A stretch of 64,000 nucleotides of DNA, from the NCBI GenBank assembly GCA_965203295.1, contig CBDBCZ010000014.1:32001-96000 (forward strand), given 5' to 3'. A model generated the notes under the pieces. It saw nothing but the letters and a program-made list of their open reading frames with translations. It was not told where the DNA came from and made no database searches. Origin of the DNA: Nitrospirales bacterium (lineage in GTDB: Bacteria > Nitrospirota > Nitrospiria > Nitrospirales > UBA8639). Positions 10,320 through 22,841 of this stretch are shown piece by piece. How positions within the stretch are numbered: the first letter of the stretch is position 1; the number at the start of each line of letters is the position of its first letter. The translations under genes were made by a program, and so were the position numbers.

Positions 10320-13300
10320 CTATGTATAGTTCTCGGAACTTAACGAAGGAGTATCCACCACGGTCTGTGTTGGGGCAGACGCCAGAATGAACACATTGTC
10401 TGGTGGGTCCTCGGGCCCTGAATGAGCATCAGTCAGATCTGTTGCCATGCATGGTTCTCGTAACGCACGAATATCCACCACCGTCTGCGTTGGGGCAGAC
10501 CCTGACATGAACACGCGATCTGGTGGGTCCTCGGGCCCTGAATCCATATCAGTCAGGGGGACTCTGACGTAATCATGCCTCAAGCGCGATCTCTTCCACA
10601 GTCTGGTGCCTTTGATTTGCTGAACAGAGTGGTAGACAACAATTCCAATGAATGTTGCGAAGGCCATACCAACAGAAGTGAATGTAACAGCATTCTGATT
10701 TCCTCCAGTGGAACGGATATAAAAGGAGGACAGAGAGAAGATGTTTAGGTTGAGGATGAATGACGTTTCAAGGAGGCCAAGGCTCCAGGTCTTGTAGATT
10801 CTAAACCCAAGTATGATAGGAAGTATGGCAGCAGTAATACAAGCAATTGCCAGTAGGTTGACACTGGGGTCTCCAAGAACATTGACTGCAGAGATGAGAA
10901 AAAGAACCAATCGAAGTAGTAGCATCAGTCCAGTCCAGTAGCGGTGTTTCTCAGTGTAGGGTGCATGGTATGCATCCAGGAAGGATTTAACATATCGGTT
11001 GTTGATGCATGAGAAGATAGTTAACTGTGACTTGGTCTGGAACCACTGTCCAAACATTAGCAGGGTTGTGTAAGGAAGAAACAGGAAAATCAGACAAACC
11101 ATTGCAGCTGTGAACAGAGGGATGTGCTTGCCACTGAAGTATCTAATGTTTCCATTATACAGCCACACAGCAATTTGTGAATTGTTGGGGTATTCCAGGT
11201 ATGTGAGTGAAAGTGCAGCAATAACTGTGCGAAGCAGTTTGGCATACGACAGCAGGAAGAGTGTGGCCAGGACTGCAATGGGGTTACTTCCAAATACTTT
11301 TGCCACTCTTCCTGAGTAGTAGCTACTGAGGATTATCGTACCTATCAGAGCCCATACATATAAGGGAAATACAAATTGCAGCCATGTTTTCACATAGGCA
11401 TCCATTTCATTGTAGAAACAAGTTTCAATACCCAGGTCTAGGTTGAGCCAGGCTATGAACACTGTCAGGACATTAGTGGCTTGAGGTGGAAGAAATACTT
11501 TGGAATTCACTGCTATAATGTTGGCGTAGAAGATTAGTCCATTCACTGTTCCCACAGCAACCGTCAGCCTCAGGACCAGAAGAAACAGAACTAGTGCAAT
11601 ACCAGCAAAAGCAAATGCAGCTAGGAGTGAGAGGTATGTGTTAGAACACTGCAAACAGCGGGAGCTACCCAATACAAGGCTCAGGTTCTCACTGCATCTT
11701 CCACACAGTAAGCCACGTCTGTTGTAGTTACACTGTTTATCACTGTCGTCAACTGCCAAATATGTTTCTTTTGTTGTACAATAATCAAACGGGCAGTGAG
11801 GATGAGTAATCAAACCTCTGGACTCACTGTCGTTGTCATTACCATAGCCTACCCAGAACTCATCATTCTGTTGCCGCAGCACTGTTGCGCTGTCCACTAG
11901 GCATGTGTTTGTATATTGTTGAAGTCTTTCTGCACAGATGCAAGATGGTTCATTCATTGCCAACTGAAATCCATGAGGACAGTGTTGAATATCCACAGTG
12001 ACTGTAAGAGTGTTAGTCGGAGTGGGTGAGCAAGGTCCTTCAGCATACAGAGCCATGTTCTGGACGGTACCCACAGCACGTGAATGTATGGTGTACTTCA
12101 GGGCACTACACTTATTATTAATATTCTGAGAGTCTTCAAAGTTTCCATGACTGATGTTGTTAGGCATAGCAATAAGTTGAATTATCGCCGCTGTTGTTCC
12201 GTACCTTTGTCCTTGTGCAATGACTGGAACCTCCACGGTTCCCCCTGGATACACAGGCCCTGCATCATAAGAACCAGTACAGTCAACTAGATTGCCTCGA
12301 CAGGTACAGATGTGCAGTGGGTCGGAAGAAATAATCAGTTCGTTTCCGCTACTAGAACTAGATATGACATCAAACAGGTATCCGCTGACGGAGGGACCTG
12401 AGTAAAATTCCCATATCTCTATATTGCTGAGTGAACAGTAGTCGACCGAGCCACCATACAAGTCAGCACCTGCTTCTACAGCACTGTTGTTGTCAAAAAA
12501 TATTGTGTGGTTGATATTGAGGGCCTCCATAAATTCTATAAGATCCTTATAATAAGCAATATCTCCATGCCTTTGGGATTGGCTTTGGAAGAAACAGTCA
12601 CTACTGCCCATACGATTATTAACTAGTGTAGGAATGCAGTATGTTAGTCTGTTGCTTTCTTCCACTTTAATCGCACCTCCAGTTTTCTTTGCATGATTGC
12701 TGGTGAGGTGTACAGTCATATCCGGATGCAGTAAGAGTTTAGAATCAACAGAAAGCAGTAGTCCTCCGCCATTAAAAGCTACATTGTTTCTAATTGTAGT
12801 ATTTCCAGTAAAAGAAAAATTACCTTCTGATGCATAAATCCCTCCTCCTCCATCCTTCGCGGAATTGTTAGTGAAGTTTGCATTAATATGAACTTTTGAA
12901 GCATATGCGTACAGTCCTCCACCAAAGTTGGCTGTGTTGTTGTCAATGATGGTTCTTTCTAACAATTCTAGTTTACTGTCCAATGCAGCAATACCTCCAC
13001 CATATTGAGCTCTGCTATTTTCAATCACAACAGTAGACATTTTCACTTTGCTGTTGTCCGCTGCAAGAATCGCACCACCCAATTTTCCATAGCTGTCAGT
13101 GAAATAATCATCATTTAAAGTTACACTGTATTTTAAGCCTACGTACAAAGAACCCCCCAAAGTAGCAGAGTTGCTCTGGAATATATTCCTAGTGAGGTTA
13201 ATTGTGTTGTTATAATGTACAAAAAGTCCTCCTCCTTCAGTCTCAGCAGAGTTGCGCTTGAAAATATTTCTAGTGAGGTTGAGGGTGCTGCTTTGTACAT

Positions 13301-14150
13301 AAACTGCTCCTCCTCCTCGGTGTTTAGCAGAGTTGTCCTGGAATGTGTTCTCAGTGAGGTAGAGGGTGCTGTCAAATGCACAAAGCCCTCCTCCGACCCA
13401 CTCAGCAGAGTTGTTCAGGAATGTGTTCCCAGTGAGGTTGAGGTTGCCTTTTTGTACATACATTGCTCCCCCTCTTCCTTCCCAAGGTTTAGCAGAGTTG
13501 TTCTGGAATGTGTTCCCAGTGAGGTTGAGGGTGCTATTGTACACATAAAGTGCTCCTCCTAGGCCTGACCAACCTTCATCAGAGTTGTTTTGGAATATGT
13601 TTCCAGTAATGGTGATAGCGCTATGCTTTACAACAAGTACTGCTCCAGTAATAATATTAGTATAATCGTTTGTTACAGAGTTGATGTGATTCTCGAAGGT
13701 ACAGTTTGATATATAAGACTGCTGCAGTAATATTGCACTTACAAGTCCACTTACATTGTGCCAGCTTGAGATGAAGGCTAGATCTGTGATGTGTAGTCCA
13801 GTGATGTCTGTAAACATAAACCCAGCCGAGCTTGAGGTGCATAAAATCCTACTGGTGAGCTCTGGGAAAGAAGATGAATTTCCACGAAGGGTAAACCTTG
13901 TTAGGTTTGTCACAGACATGGTCTGTTCCAGAGTGTGATTACCAGGAAGGAACTTCATTGTGGTGTTGCTTTGAAAGTGCCAGTCAACAGCATACTCAGA
14001 GAGGGTGTGGCAGGGCTCTTCAGGACATGGTGTGTCAGGTGTGGGTGTGACGTAGTAGGTACTCTGAGCAGAGCAGGAGGTGAGCAGCACGAGGAGCAGT
14101 AGAGATTTTTGCATTGACAGCAGTAGTGCTGTGGAGACCACGTGCTCCAT
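10320..14150 (-). CDS. Receptor-like membrane protein B1 (1276 aa): beta-helix ectodomain, Cys-rich stalk, multi-pass membrane domain
   Basis: Uninterrupted ORF with a signal peptide (LLLLVLLTSCSA). About 13 GG-x-[LI]...FxxNSA coils, 5 in the variable block. CPHGF, CPFDYC, CGRC motifs and WLNLDLGIETCF shared with subfamily A. Confidence 0.92.
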   Translation of the reverse strand: MEHVVSTALLLSMQKSLLLLVLLTSCSAQSTYYVTPTPDTPCPEEPCHTLSEYAVDWHFQSNTTMKFLPGNHTLEQTMSVTNLTRFTLRGNSSSFPELTSRILCTSSSAGFMFTDITGLHITDLAFISSWHNVSGLVSAILLQQSYISNCTFENHINSVTNDYTNIITGAVLVVKHSAITITGNIFQNNSDEGWSGLGGALYVYNSTLNLTGNTFQNNSAKPWEGRGGAMYVQKGNLNLTGNTFLNNSAEWVGGGLCAFDSTLYLTENTFQDNSAKHRGGGAVYVQSSTLNLTRNIFKRNSAETEGGGLFVHYNNTINLTRNIFQSNSATLGGSLYVGLKYSVTLNDDYFTDSYGKLGGAILAADNSKVKMSTVVIENSRAQYGGGIAALDSKLELLERTIIDNNTANFGGGLYAYASKVHINANFTNNSAKDGGGGIYASEGNFSFTGNTTIRNNVAFNGGGLLLSVDSKLLLHPDMTVHLTSNHAKKTGGAIKVEESNRLTYCIPTLVNNRMGSSDCFFQSQSQRHGDIAYYKDLIEFMEALNINHTIFFDNNSAVEAGADLYGGSVDYCSLSNIEIWEFYSGPSVSGYLFDVISSSSSGNELIISSDPLHICTCRGNLVDCTGSYDAGPVYPGGTVEVPVIAQGQRYGTTAAIIQLIAMPNNISHGNFEDSQNINNKCSALKYTIHSRAVGTVQNMALYAEGPCSPTPTNTLTVTVDIQHCPHGFQLAMNEPSCICAERLQQYTNTCLVDSATVLRQQNDEFWVGYGNDNDSESRGLITHPHCPFDYCTTKETYLAVDDSDKQCNYNRRGLLCGRCSENLSLVLGSSRCLQCSNTYLSLLAAFAFAGIALVLFLLVLRLTVAVGTVNGLIFYANIIAVNSKVFLPPQATNVLTVFIAWLNLDLGIETCFYNEMDAYVKTWLQFVFPLYVWALIGTIILSSYYSGRVAKVFGSNPIAVLATLFLLSYAKLLRTVIAALSLTYLEYPNNSQIAVWLYNGNIRYFSGKHIPLFTAAMVCLIFLFLPYTTLLMFGQWFQTKSQLTIFSCINNRYVKSFLDAYHAPYTEKHRYWTGLMLLLRLVLFLISAVNVLGDPSVNLLAIACITAAILPIILGFRIYKTWSLGLLETSFILNLNIFSLSSFYIRSTGGNQNAVTFTSVGMAFATFIGIVVYHSVQQIKGTRLWKRSRLRHDYVRVPLTDMDSGPEDPPDRVFMSGSAPTQTVVDIRALREPCMATDLTDAHSGPEDPPDNVFILASAPTQTVVDTPSLSSENYT

Positions 14151-14880
14151 GAACGTGGCTTCAGTGCATAAATAAATTCCTGTGTGAATAGTAAAATAAA
14201 TATAGCTTAATTCTTCTGATCATGAGTGTCATCAAGCATCTATGGTAAAAAAAAAATTGGGTCGTTGAAAAGTGTGAACACTGGGACAATGCACACTTGG
14301 GATGCAGTGAACTGTACAGCTGCACGGGAAGACTGTTGACACTGGGAAATCAGGGGCTGCTAAGGAGAGAAAGGTCATCTTGAACTAAGTAACAAACTAT
14401 GCCTGAGCTAAAGCCCTGAGCCATTAAGAGTTGCTAAATAATTATATAGCCTCTCTTCGTATTATGCAGACACACACAGATACATCTTTTCCCTGTAACC
14501 TTTTACACTAGCTACTCTCAATCTGTCTCCATGATGTCCAGAGTGTGCAGAATCCCAGTGTCCACTCTTGTACGTAAGTCAACCAAAATTGTTTAGCATG
14601 CTTGGTTCCATGTGAAATGTAGCCACATTAAGTAGCCTTGACCCCATGCAGCTTAAATCTTCTTTCAGGCCATATTGGAAAGGGAAATGTACATCACGGA
14701 TGTTCGACCCTTAATTAACATTTTACATGCGATGTGCCACTATAATTAGCACTATTGGCTTTGTAAGGCTTACATCTAGCTATTATGTTTTGATAAGCTC
14801 TGATTTTGAGTGCTGATAGTCAGCAGGGAAGTTGCCTAGCCTCATACTCAGCCGACACCTACCGAAAAATATGTAGTGGC

Positions 14881-15355
14881 TAGGCCTTGACAAAATTTGT
14901 TAGTAGAATTTTGAGCAAAATAGGCAACCAAAAGAAAATAAGCAATTCTGCAAGCAAAAATTAATGGGCTATCAATTTTACACATCAAAGCAAATGGGCT
15001 GAAGGATGTGTGAATACTTCTACTGAGCAATAATAATAAACTTCCTGCACTTCCAGAGTGCAGCTAAATACACTACTGCGCAATAAAAAGTTAACGTACT
15101 GTTCGTACTATGCCATGAGCACACCAGAAGCGCTTAGTGTGGGTCATACTGTTATTGTTTTCCCCTACCACTTGATGCTCTTTGTGTTTAACATTCATTG
15201 TTTTCTTTGACTGATATATTTTTGGCAACTTTATAGTAATGCTGAATTTTTATACTAAAGTAAGAAGCAAAATGGGTACAATAAAAAGCAAAATGGGTAC
15301 AAATATTGAGCATAAAATAAATTTAGGCAGAAAAAGCAAATTTTGTCAAGGACTA
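14881..15355. mobile_element. Non-autonomous hAT-type MITE
   Basis: TIRs TAGGCCTTGACAAAATTTG / CAAATTTTGTCAAGGACTA (1 mismatch). Perfect 8-bp TSD GTAGTGGC at 14873-14880 and 15356-15363. Confidence 0.9.
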
Positions 15356-15677
15356 GTAGTGGCCTTGTTCCCCTCCAAACCACAAGACTGTAGTCATGGC
15401 TATAGCTAGCAGCTGCGGATCAAGGCATGGGCCAAGAACAGCATGAAAACGCTATACCACTGTCATTTCTCGCTGCTTGTGTGGTTGCCTAAGTTCATCA
15501 ATTGGTATAGGTGACTGTCAAGGATTCCGCACCTAAAGACTCTCGCAATTGTGGAAGTGTGAACGATAAATCTCGGAGACGCATAAAACACCAGTCATTT
15601 GGAATACTCAACCAATGTCAGATACAACTCCTTGAATACTAAGAAATCAAAACCAATAAACCTGCAGAACATCCTCT

Positions 15678-16065
15678 CCGTATAGCGCTTAAATTTCGCG
15701 GGTCTTTAATTTCACGAATTTCGCGAATTTGGAACGAAAATTTTTACACTTCCGCTTTACAACCATCGCATAGCTAGTGAGTGCATAGACCTACTATCTA
15801 TGCTTCAAGAGCGTAGATGTCCAGGAGCGCTTTCCAAAACAAGCGTGATTTCTACGGCAAACAGCGAAGTCGCTGTACTTCGGCGCGAAGGTCAGCAGCA
15901 GAACATGGAGTGACTGTGCTAGTCACGCTCCGCCCATAAACGTTAAACTCAATAGTACGTGGGTGTGGCGTATTTGAACAACGAATTCGCGAAATTATTT
16001 CAACGAAACGCTCAAAAACGGCTATTCGCGAATTTTTAGACCCGCCAAATTTAAGCGCTATACGG
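15678..16065. mobile_element. MITE with ~30-bp TIRs (Tc1/mariner-pogo type, tentative)
   Basis: CCGTATAGCGCTTAAATTTCGCGGGTCT ... AGACCCGCCAAATTTAAGCGCTATACGG. TA on the right flank only; internal TTCGCGAA repeats. Confidence 0.75.
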
Positions 16066-17650
16066 TAACTACAGGGTATAACAAGGAAACATGTGGCATA
16101 AATTTTACCTATTCATCCAAAAGAAATGACCTAAAGAGATGTTAGTATAACATGACCACCAATACAACAAAACGGAAATTAAAAGCAATAACCTTAGTGA
16201 CTCCACAAATTACCAAATAAGGTTGAAATAGTCCAGTATACAGTGAGGTAATCCCTCACAGTGTCAACCTTCCCACTTTTGCTCTCTTGTCCCGCTGTCC
16301 GTCTTGCTCACAATAAGTCCCAACTTTTTACTAGCAGTAGAGTGGCTACAGGAAGAGTACTGCGGTTTGAAATGTTCACTAAATTGGTCTTAAAATTAAT
16401 TAATCGCGGTACGCTGGGGTCAGAGGTCAGGTCACATGCTGTTGCAAGAATCATCAGACAATGAAGCGAAACGAGCGTAAATTTTGGTAAGTTGAGGCAT
16501 AAATGATTATAGGGAGCTATTGTTAAGGGGGGCTGGCGGCTTGTGCAAGACTTTGGTAATCGTGTCCCGCGGTGACAAAGTATTGCCGCTTTTACTGCAG
16601 AATATAATTATTTACCTATGACTCTTGCACTATACTAGCGTCCCGCCCTTCACGTATTGACTACGCAGTCTCATGTTGAGAGCGGCTTCCAGACTGTTTA
16701 ATTAACAAAGGAAGAAAAAAATTCCGCGCGCGCGGCCTCTATATTGTAGGCCGAACCGCTCTGATGCTGCTTCCGCCGCCCGTGTCAGCTCCGAGCCGTA
16801 CAAAGGTACGTACAACCATACCAACAATTAATACGAGAATCATTGCACATTACATGCATGCTGCTAGTAACTCTTAGCATACCACATCATGGCTCACACT
16901 GCAAAATGAAGCGATGTTTACCGTTATGTGTCATTAGTTTGCTTCAGTCGAGGCCACATGTACCCCTGACACACAAAAAAAACATACCTCGATTCTTCTT
17001 CAGAGTCTCTGTTTAGAAAGTGTAGAAAGATATTTTTCCTCCTCAAACTTCACCAAATTTACACAACTTCAAGTGAGCTGTTCAGCCTCAGTGCTGCATT
17101 ATTATATCTACGTCCTTCCGCCTGTGTGTAACGGATGTGACGTCACGCGCGCGCTATCACCATCCCACATGTACTTTTCGGCCGCTGGATCGGACAACCA
17201 GTTCCCCCATGATGGCACTTCGAGCGTAATTTATCCCAAAGGTGAGTAGCTGTATAGTCCCTGTAAGTGAAAACCATACTGAGCTATAACTGCAACGTAC
17301 GCTAGAGCCATAGATAACAGAGCATAACCCTTTATGCTATACTACTATCTAGCTATGTCCATATTATCTGTGCTAGAACTATCACGACTATGTGCTGAGT
17401 CAGTGCTGTTTGCTTTCATGTATCATGTACAGTATGGAGCTATAGCTGCAAAGGGCTAGGCTGCAGTCCTAGCATGCCTGTACTTTGTTTTATGTGTTTG
17501 TTGTAAGCTCCTCTGAGTTACTGCCTCCACGTAACTCAGGCCGGGATCTGTCAGCACACTACTACCATTGGCAGATGCTAAATCTTCCGTACAAATTACA
17601 TGACAGATTCTAAATGTGCCATACCAATCACATGCAGATGAAACCTTTAA

Positions 17651-17794
17651 CCCTTTACCAACCATAAGAAACGGCTTAAAGAAGCAGAAAAGCCTATACA
17701 AAGTATTAAAACCCCCATATAAATTCATATGGGCTTATGGGAGCTCATGACGCACAGCTCATGATGCATATATGCGTCATTGGTTGATAAAGAG
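17651..17794. mobile_element. piggyBac-type MITE
   Basis: TTAA on both flanks; TIRs CCCTTTACCAACCA / TGGTTGATAAAGAG (2 mismatches). Confidence 0.7.
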
Positions 17795-17937
17795 TTAATT
17801 TCCGTACAGAGTAAGCACAGTGAGTGGGACTAACAAGCACTAGTAGTTGCGTGAGGGAAGCAAGCAAGCGTAAGTAGTTTTACTAATAGCACATCATGGA
17901 ACTGTGTATGCAAATTGTCACCATAACTATTGCTGAG

Positions 17938-18314
17938 TAGGGGTGAGCCGATTATGCCGGCATTAAAATAAGCATAATCTGTGCAAAAGCATTGAGCATA
18001 ATGCGAGCATAATAGGAAGGGAAATTACGTCATTTAATTAATGTGTAGCGGAAACTCAGCAGGCTACCACTGTCTTACCGTCACCCTTTGTAGGGGAGTT
18101 GTCCAATAGCAGTGAACATACTAGAAATTATAGAAATACGCAACACCCATGCATACTTGAAGTGGTAAAACAGTCCAGATGGTTGGTTTTCGCTATGAGG
18201 GTCACCATAATTTGAGCATAATAGGAGCATTTGTTGAGCATAATGGGAAGTTTTTTTGGAGCAGTGCAGCATAGCGTAATAGGTATTTTTTTGAGCATAA
18301 AAGGCTCAGCCCTA
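17938..18314. mobile_element. Non-autonomous hAT-type MITE
   Basis: TIRs TAGGGGTGAGCC / GGCTCAGCCCTA. Perfect 8-bp TSD TTGCTGAG at 17930-17937 and 18315-18322. Multiple subterminal AGCATAA motifs. Confidence 0.88.
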
Positions 18315-19204
18315 TTGCTGAGATGACTGTCTCTGCACACTTCTCTACTAGTACTTTGTACTTGAAGCCTTACTGATGAACATAAGGCTTCTCAGTTAAG
18401 AAAAGGAAGTTGGTATTCAGAACCTTGAACTTCCTATTTTGAAAATTGGGTATTTCCATTATCCTGCTTGGCAGTTAGCTATAGTCATCATTGATCAGGT
18501 ATTACAGCATGCATGCATGCATTCATCATCTAAAGTGTAATCAATAAAGAGGGCAAGTTGGTTTCTGTGATAGCTAAACATATGTAGCTTGGATGAAAAA
18601 ACAGCTGGTAGCTACAATTTTTTGGTTCATGGGTTATGAATTCTGTTATGTTAGCTAGGTCAGTTCAAAGTAACTGCTAGGGGTATATTTGGGCTCAAAC
18701 CAAGGAATAACTATAGCCAGACTGCCAATTACCAGTTACACCATGTGTTGCTTGCCTGCATCCTGACAACACACTTGGGACAGTAAGAACGTCATCCTTA
18801 TCCTGTGATGTATGCACTGGTCAATACCCAATTGCTCTAGTGGCCAGTGGCCACCCTTGAGCACTCACCTGTAACTAATTAGCTTGCTACCAGGACTCTG
18901 TGTCAGCAGTTTAACTTCATTGGCTTCTTCACACCTTGCTATATAGCACTTTGTTATTTCTCCAACTGCATATACATGTATACTAGTGCGTCATTTCATT
19001 TAACTAGCACACGTTCACTTCTGTAACCTAAGTTTTGAGCTCAGAGGTAGCAAATTAAAAAACAGGAAACTATAGCTACTGTATACTTTTCCTTGTAGTT
19101 ATTATACATGACAACTTTGTTGTTCCTGTAGCAGCAATATGAGGTATATAATCATCCCGGTATCTGCAACTGCATTACATGTAGGGGTATGCATTCTGGT
19201 AATG

Positions 19205-19648
<444 letters not shown>

Positions 19649-21031
19649 GCTTTTTGAACTCGCTCGCTCTGTCTACGGATAGAAATGAAAGGTGCTACCT
19701 CCATGTTATGTGATTATGGAACATTTAGCATCTGCCAGTGACAGTAGTGCTGCTGACTTAGCCACGTGGAGGCTCCACATTCAGGCCTCAACTTTGTGCT
19801 GAAAATATTATCGACCATCACAGTGGGAAAAGCGCATAGCATGTGTGCACACCATGTTCTTTCAACAGCCAAAGCACTTTGTTGAGCATCTACCATGTGA
19901 CAGTAGACTATAGTGTAGCTAACATGTTCCTTTAAACTGAGCCATAGATTGAGATAATGTACGTATGCCTGAGCCATGTGGAGGCTCTAAGTAGAGACTG
20001 CAAAGAACTACAAAACAAAACAGGACTGAAGCCTAGCTCTTCACAGCCATAGCCTACATGTACAGGCATGCAGGCGAATGGCAGACTCTATTTAATGCAC
20101 ATCGTCGTTGTTTGTCTAGCGTACTAAGCAGATTACTACAGTTGTGCATGCTTACATGACTATCTAGCTACTAACCTTTGTGATAGAGTGCGCTTAAAAG
20201 TGCTCATATGAGGCCGTCATAATAATCTCGTCGGTTATCAGAGCGTCTCATGATCTCAACATGCAGCGGTCGAAGTGCGCGTGTACTGTGTGATGACGTC
20301 ACGACCTTCTCGCGTATTCTCGCGCAATCGAGGTTCATTAGTTGACGCCACATCCGTTACACACACACAGACACACGGACAGAACTAACGTTAAAGTATT
20401 GACGCTCACATGGTTTGTATGCTTAGGGTGTATGGATTTGTAGCTACTCTGACTGTGGTTTTATGTATTCCAGAGCTTCTGGGGGTTGTATCTGACTGTA
20501 GTTTTGTGTATTCCCAGTGGGCAAAAAAGCCCGTGTGGAATACATAAAACTACAGTCAGAGTAAAAATTCCAATACACCCTATAAACCATGACTTGTACA
20601 AAGCCTTTATATGGAATACATAAAACTACAGTCAGAGTACAGATCCCAATACATCCTATAAATCCATTGTATAGGTAACTTGTACATAATACAAAGCTGT
20701 TGTGACAAATACTGTCATCAAAGAAGGCAGTAACTAGATATTCGTTTCGCCAAGCACTAACCCGGGAGATCAATAGTCTACTGCGGAGTGTATGGCAGAT
20801 ATACACTGTGACAAGGCTGCATGATAAAAGCCTGGGTTCAAGGCTATAGCTACCAACACACATAACTTACCTGAATGACAAGTATTGACACACCAAAAAA
20901 CAGGTGTAGCTATATAGTGAGCAAGTAATGGTGATATAAGATTTATTAATCACATGAAGTAGAGACTATATGGTCAGCACAGGAGCAATGTAGAGATCTA
21001 ATTTCATTAACACAAATTTCAGATTGAGAAT

Positions 21032-21130
21032 TAGCCTCGTTCCCAGGCTCTACTTCCCAGCTTTTTTTTTCGAACGTAGTAAAATAAGCGGTGAAAAAAA
21101 GCTGGGAAGTAGAGCCTGGGAACGAGGCTA
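21032..21130. mobile_element. Short palindromic TAG...CTA miniature element
   Basis: Arm TAGCCTCGTTCCCAGGCTCTACTTCCCAGCTTTTTTT and its reverse complement surround a short loop. ATTGAGAAT occurs on both sides, offset by TATA on the right. Confidence 0.8.
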
Positions 21131-21169
21131 TATAATTGAGAATCACAATTGGGATGAACTAAACAGAAT

Positions 21170-21995
21170 TTTTTCCCGATATGGATGGAAGTCAAACATT
21201 CCTCACTCCTGCAGCTGTGGTGCTCAATTCACCATTGATCATGCCATGGTCTGCCAAGTGGATGGCTTCCCGACCATCCGTCATAATGACATCACAGCCT
21301 CACTTCTTGCTGAGGTCTGCCACAGTCACTTGCCACTGGGCCTGCCCTTCAGCCCCTTAGCTGAGAGAGTATGACTGCTCATTTTGTGAACACAGACGAT
21401 GGGGCCTGTCGTAATATCCATGCAAAGGAACGTGTCGCAAGATACACTTTTCAATGTAAGGGTTTTCTACCCAAATGCGTCCGCTAACCGTTCGACAGAC
21501 ACCTCTTCTGCCTACAGAAGACATGAACAAGCCAGGAGTATGGACAGCATGTGAGGGATGTTGAATGCAGAGTATTCACCCCTCTTAACCCTTTCACTGG
21601 TAGAGACCTGCCTCCATAAGGCCCATCTGAATTTATATGGTGTTTTTATTTTAGGCGTTAATATAAAGTATGTGCTTTCTTTTTGTTTCTTTGGGCAGTA
21701 GCTATAGTGGCCTATACCGGTGAAAGGGCTAATCTTTCAACTACAGGTGGCATGGGAAACTGAGGAGGCAACAAAAACGCTTTGTAGATATGACATCCCA
21801 AAAAAGGCAACAGCCCTGCAGGTACGTAGCTACCCATGCAGTAGTGATGGGATGGCTAAGATGTCAACTCTCGTTTGCTTCACTTAGAGCATCCATCATG
21901 AGCCTTCGAGGTAGTAGAGTCACCTTCCATCGTCCTGCCTGTGGATGTGACATCACCCTGGCAACGTCCGAGGGACAGGTGCCCTCTGTCTGACG
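21170..21995 (+). mobile_element. Decayed 3' portion of a restriction-like-endonuclease non-LTR retrotransposon (CRE/R2-like)
   Basis: Broken frames give RYGW...CSCGAQFTIDHAMVC (CCHC knuckle), FPTIRHN, FNVRVFYPNASANRS...AYRRHEQ, FTPL/xSTTGGMG and GWLRCQLSFASLRASIMSLRGSR. Confidence 0.72.
21589..21728. mobile_element. piggyBac-type MITE nested in the CRE-like relic
   Basis: TTAA / CTAA flanks; TIRs CCCTTTCACTGGTA / TACCGGTGAAAGGG. It splits the FTPL-STTGGMG motif. Confidence 0.78.
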
Positions 21996-22841
21996 TTAAA
22001 ATAAACTCATTACACTGCACGTAATGTCAACATTTTAACTATTAATTAATTAATCTCACTAGCTAGCTACAACTATTTTTGCTTCCTTAAACTTTTGTCC
22101 CTTAAAAATTAAGCTTAATTGCTAGCTAATACGAGTGCAGTTGGCAGCTATATATAATGTAGTCAATTCGATACTATACTGTACGGGTTCCAGTACTGAA
22201 TCGGTCACAGATATTTATGCTTGCTTATCATGGGGGACTAGTTGATTATTGCACGTGACGTTCCTCTGTGCAAGCTGGCAAGCGTGTAAGGAGGAGCTGA
22301 CTGATTCCGCGCCATACTAATACACCCTCGACTGCATGTACTATCCACCATCATAATTAATACAACACCAGGGTAAACTATTTTTCCAAACTCAGAATGT
22401 ATCCGTTTGCATGGCTTATTATGACTGTCAAGATCACGTAGGTATGGCTCACAAATTTATGCAACGTACACCAGAGATATCTAGTATGAGTCATGAAATA
22501 AGTAGTGTGTTCTGTGAGGTATCTGTGGAACGGTACTGTTTAGAAGAGCTTCACTGAGATTAATAATGAAAATGTTCAATGAAGGAGACAAACGCAGTAA
22601 AAATAAAACTAAGTATAGCACAATGTGATAAAATAATTGTATGATCAGCTTGCTTATCATGGTGCATTGTATATAAGCACAAAAACAATAAATGAAGGCT
22701 TGAAGGTTCGTTCTTTAATCATGGATGGCTGGCTATCAACGAAATTAATCTTTATACTTTACTTGAGTTATTAATCTGTGTAGTGTGCTCTTAATTTTTT
22801 GTGATCATCAATTGTATGTATTTGATCCTTCTTATTAATGG

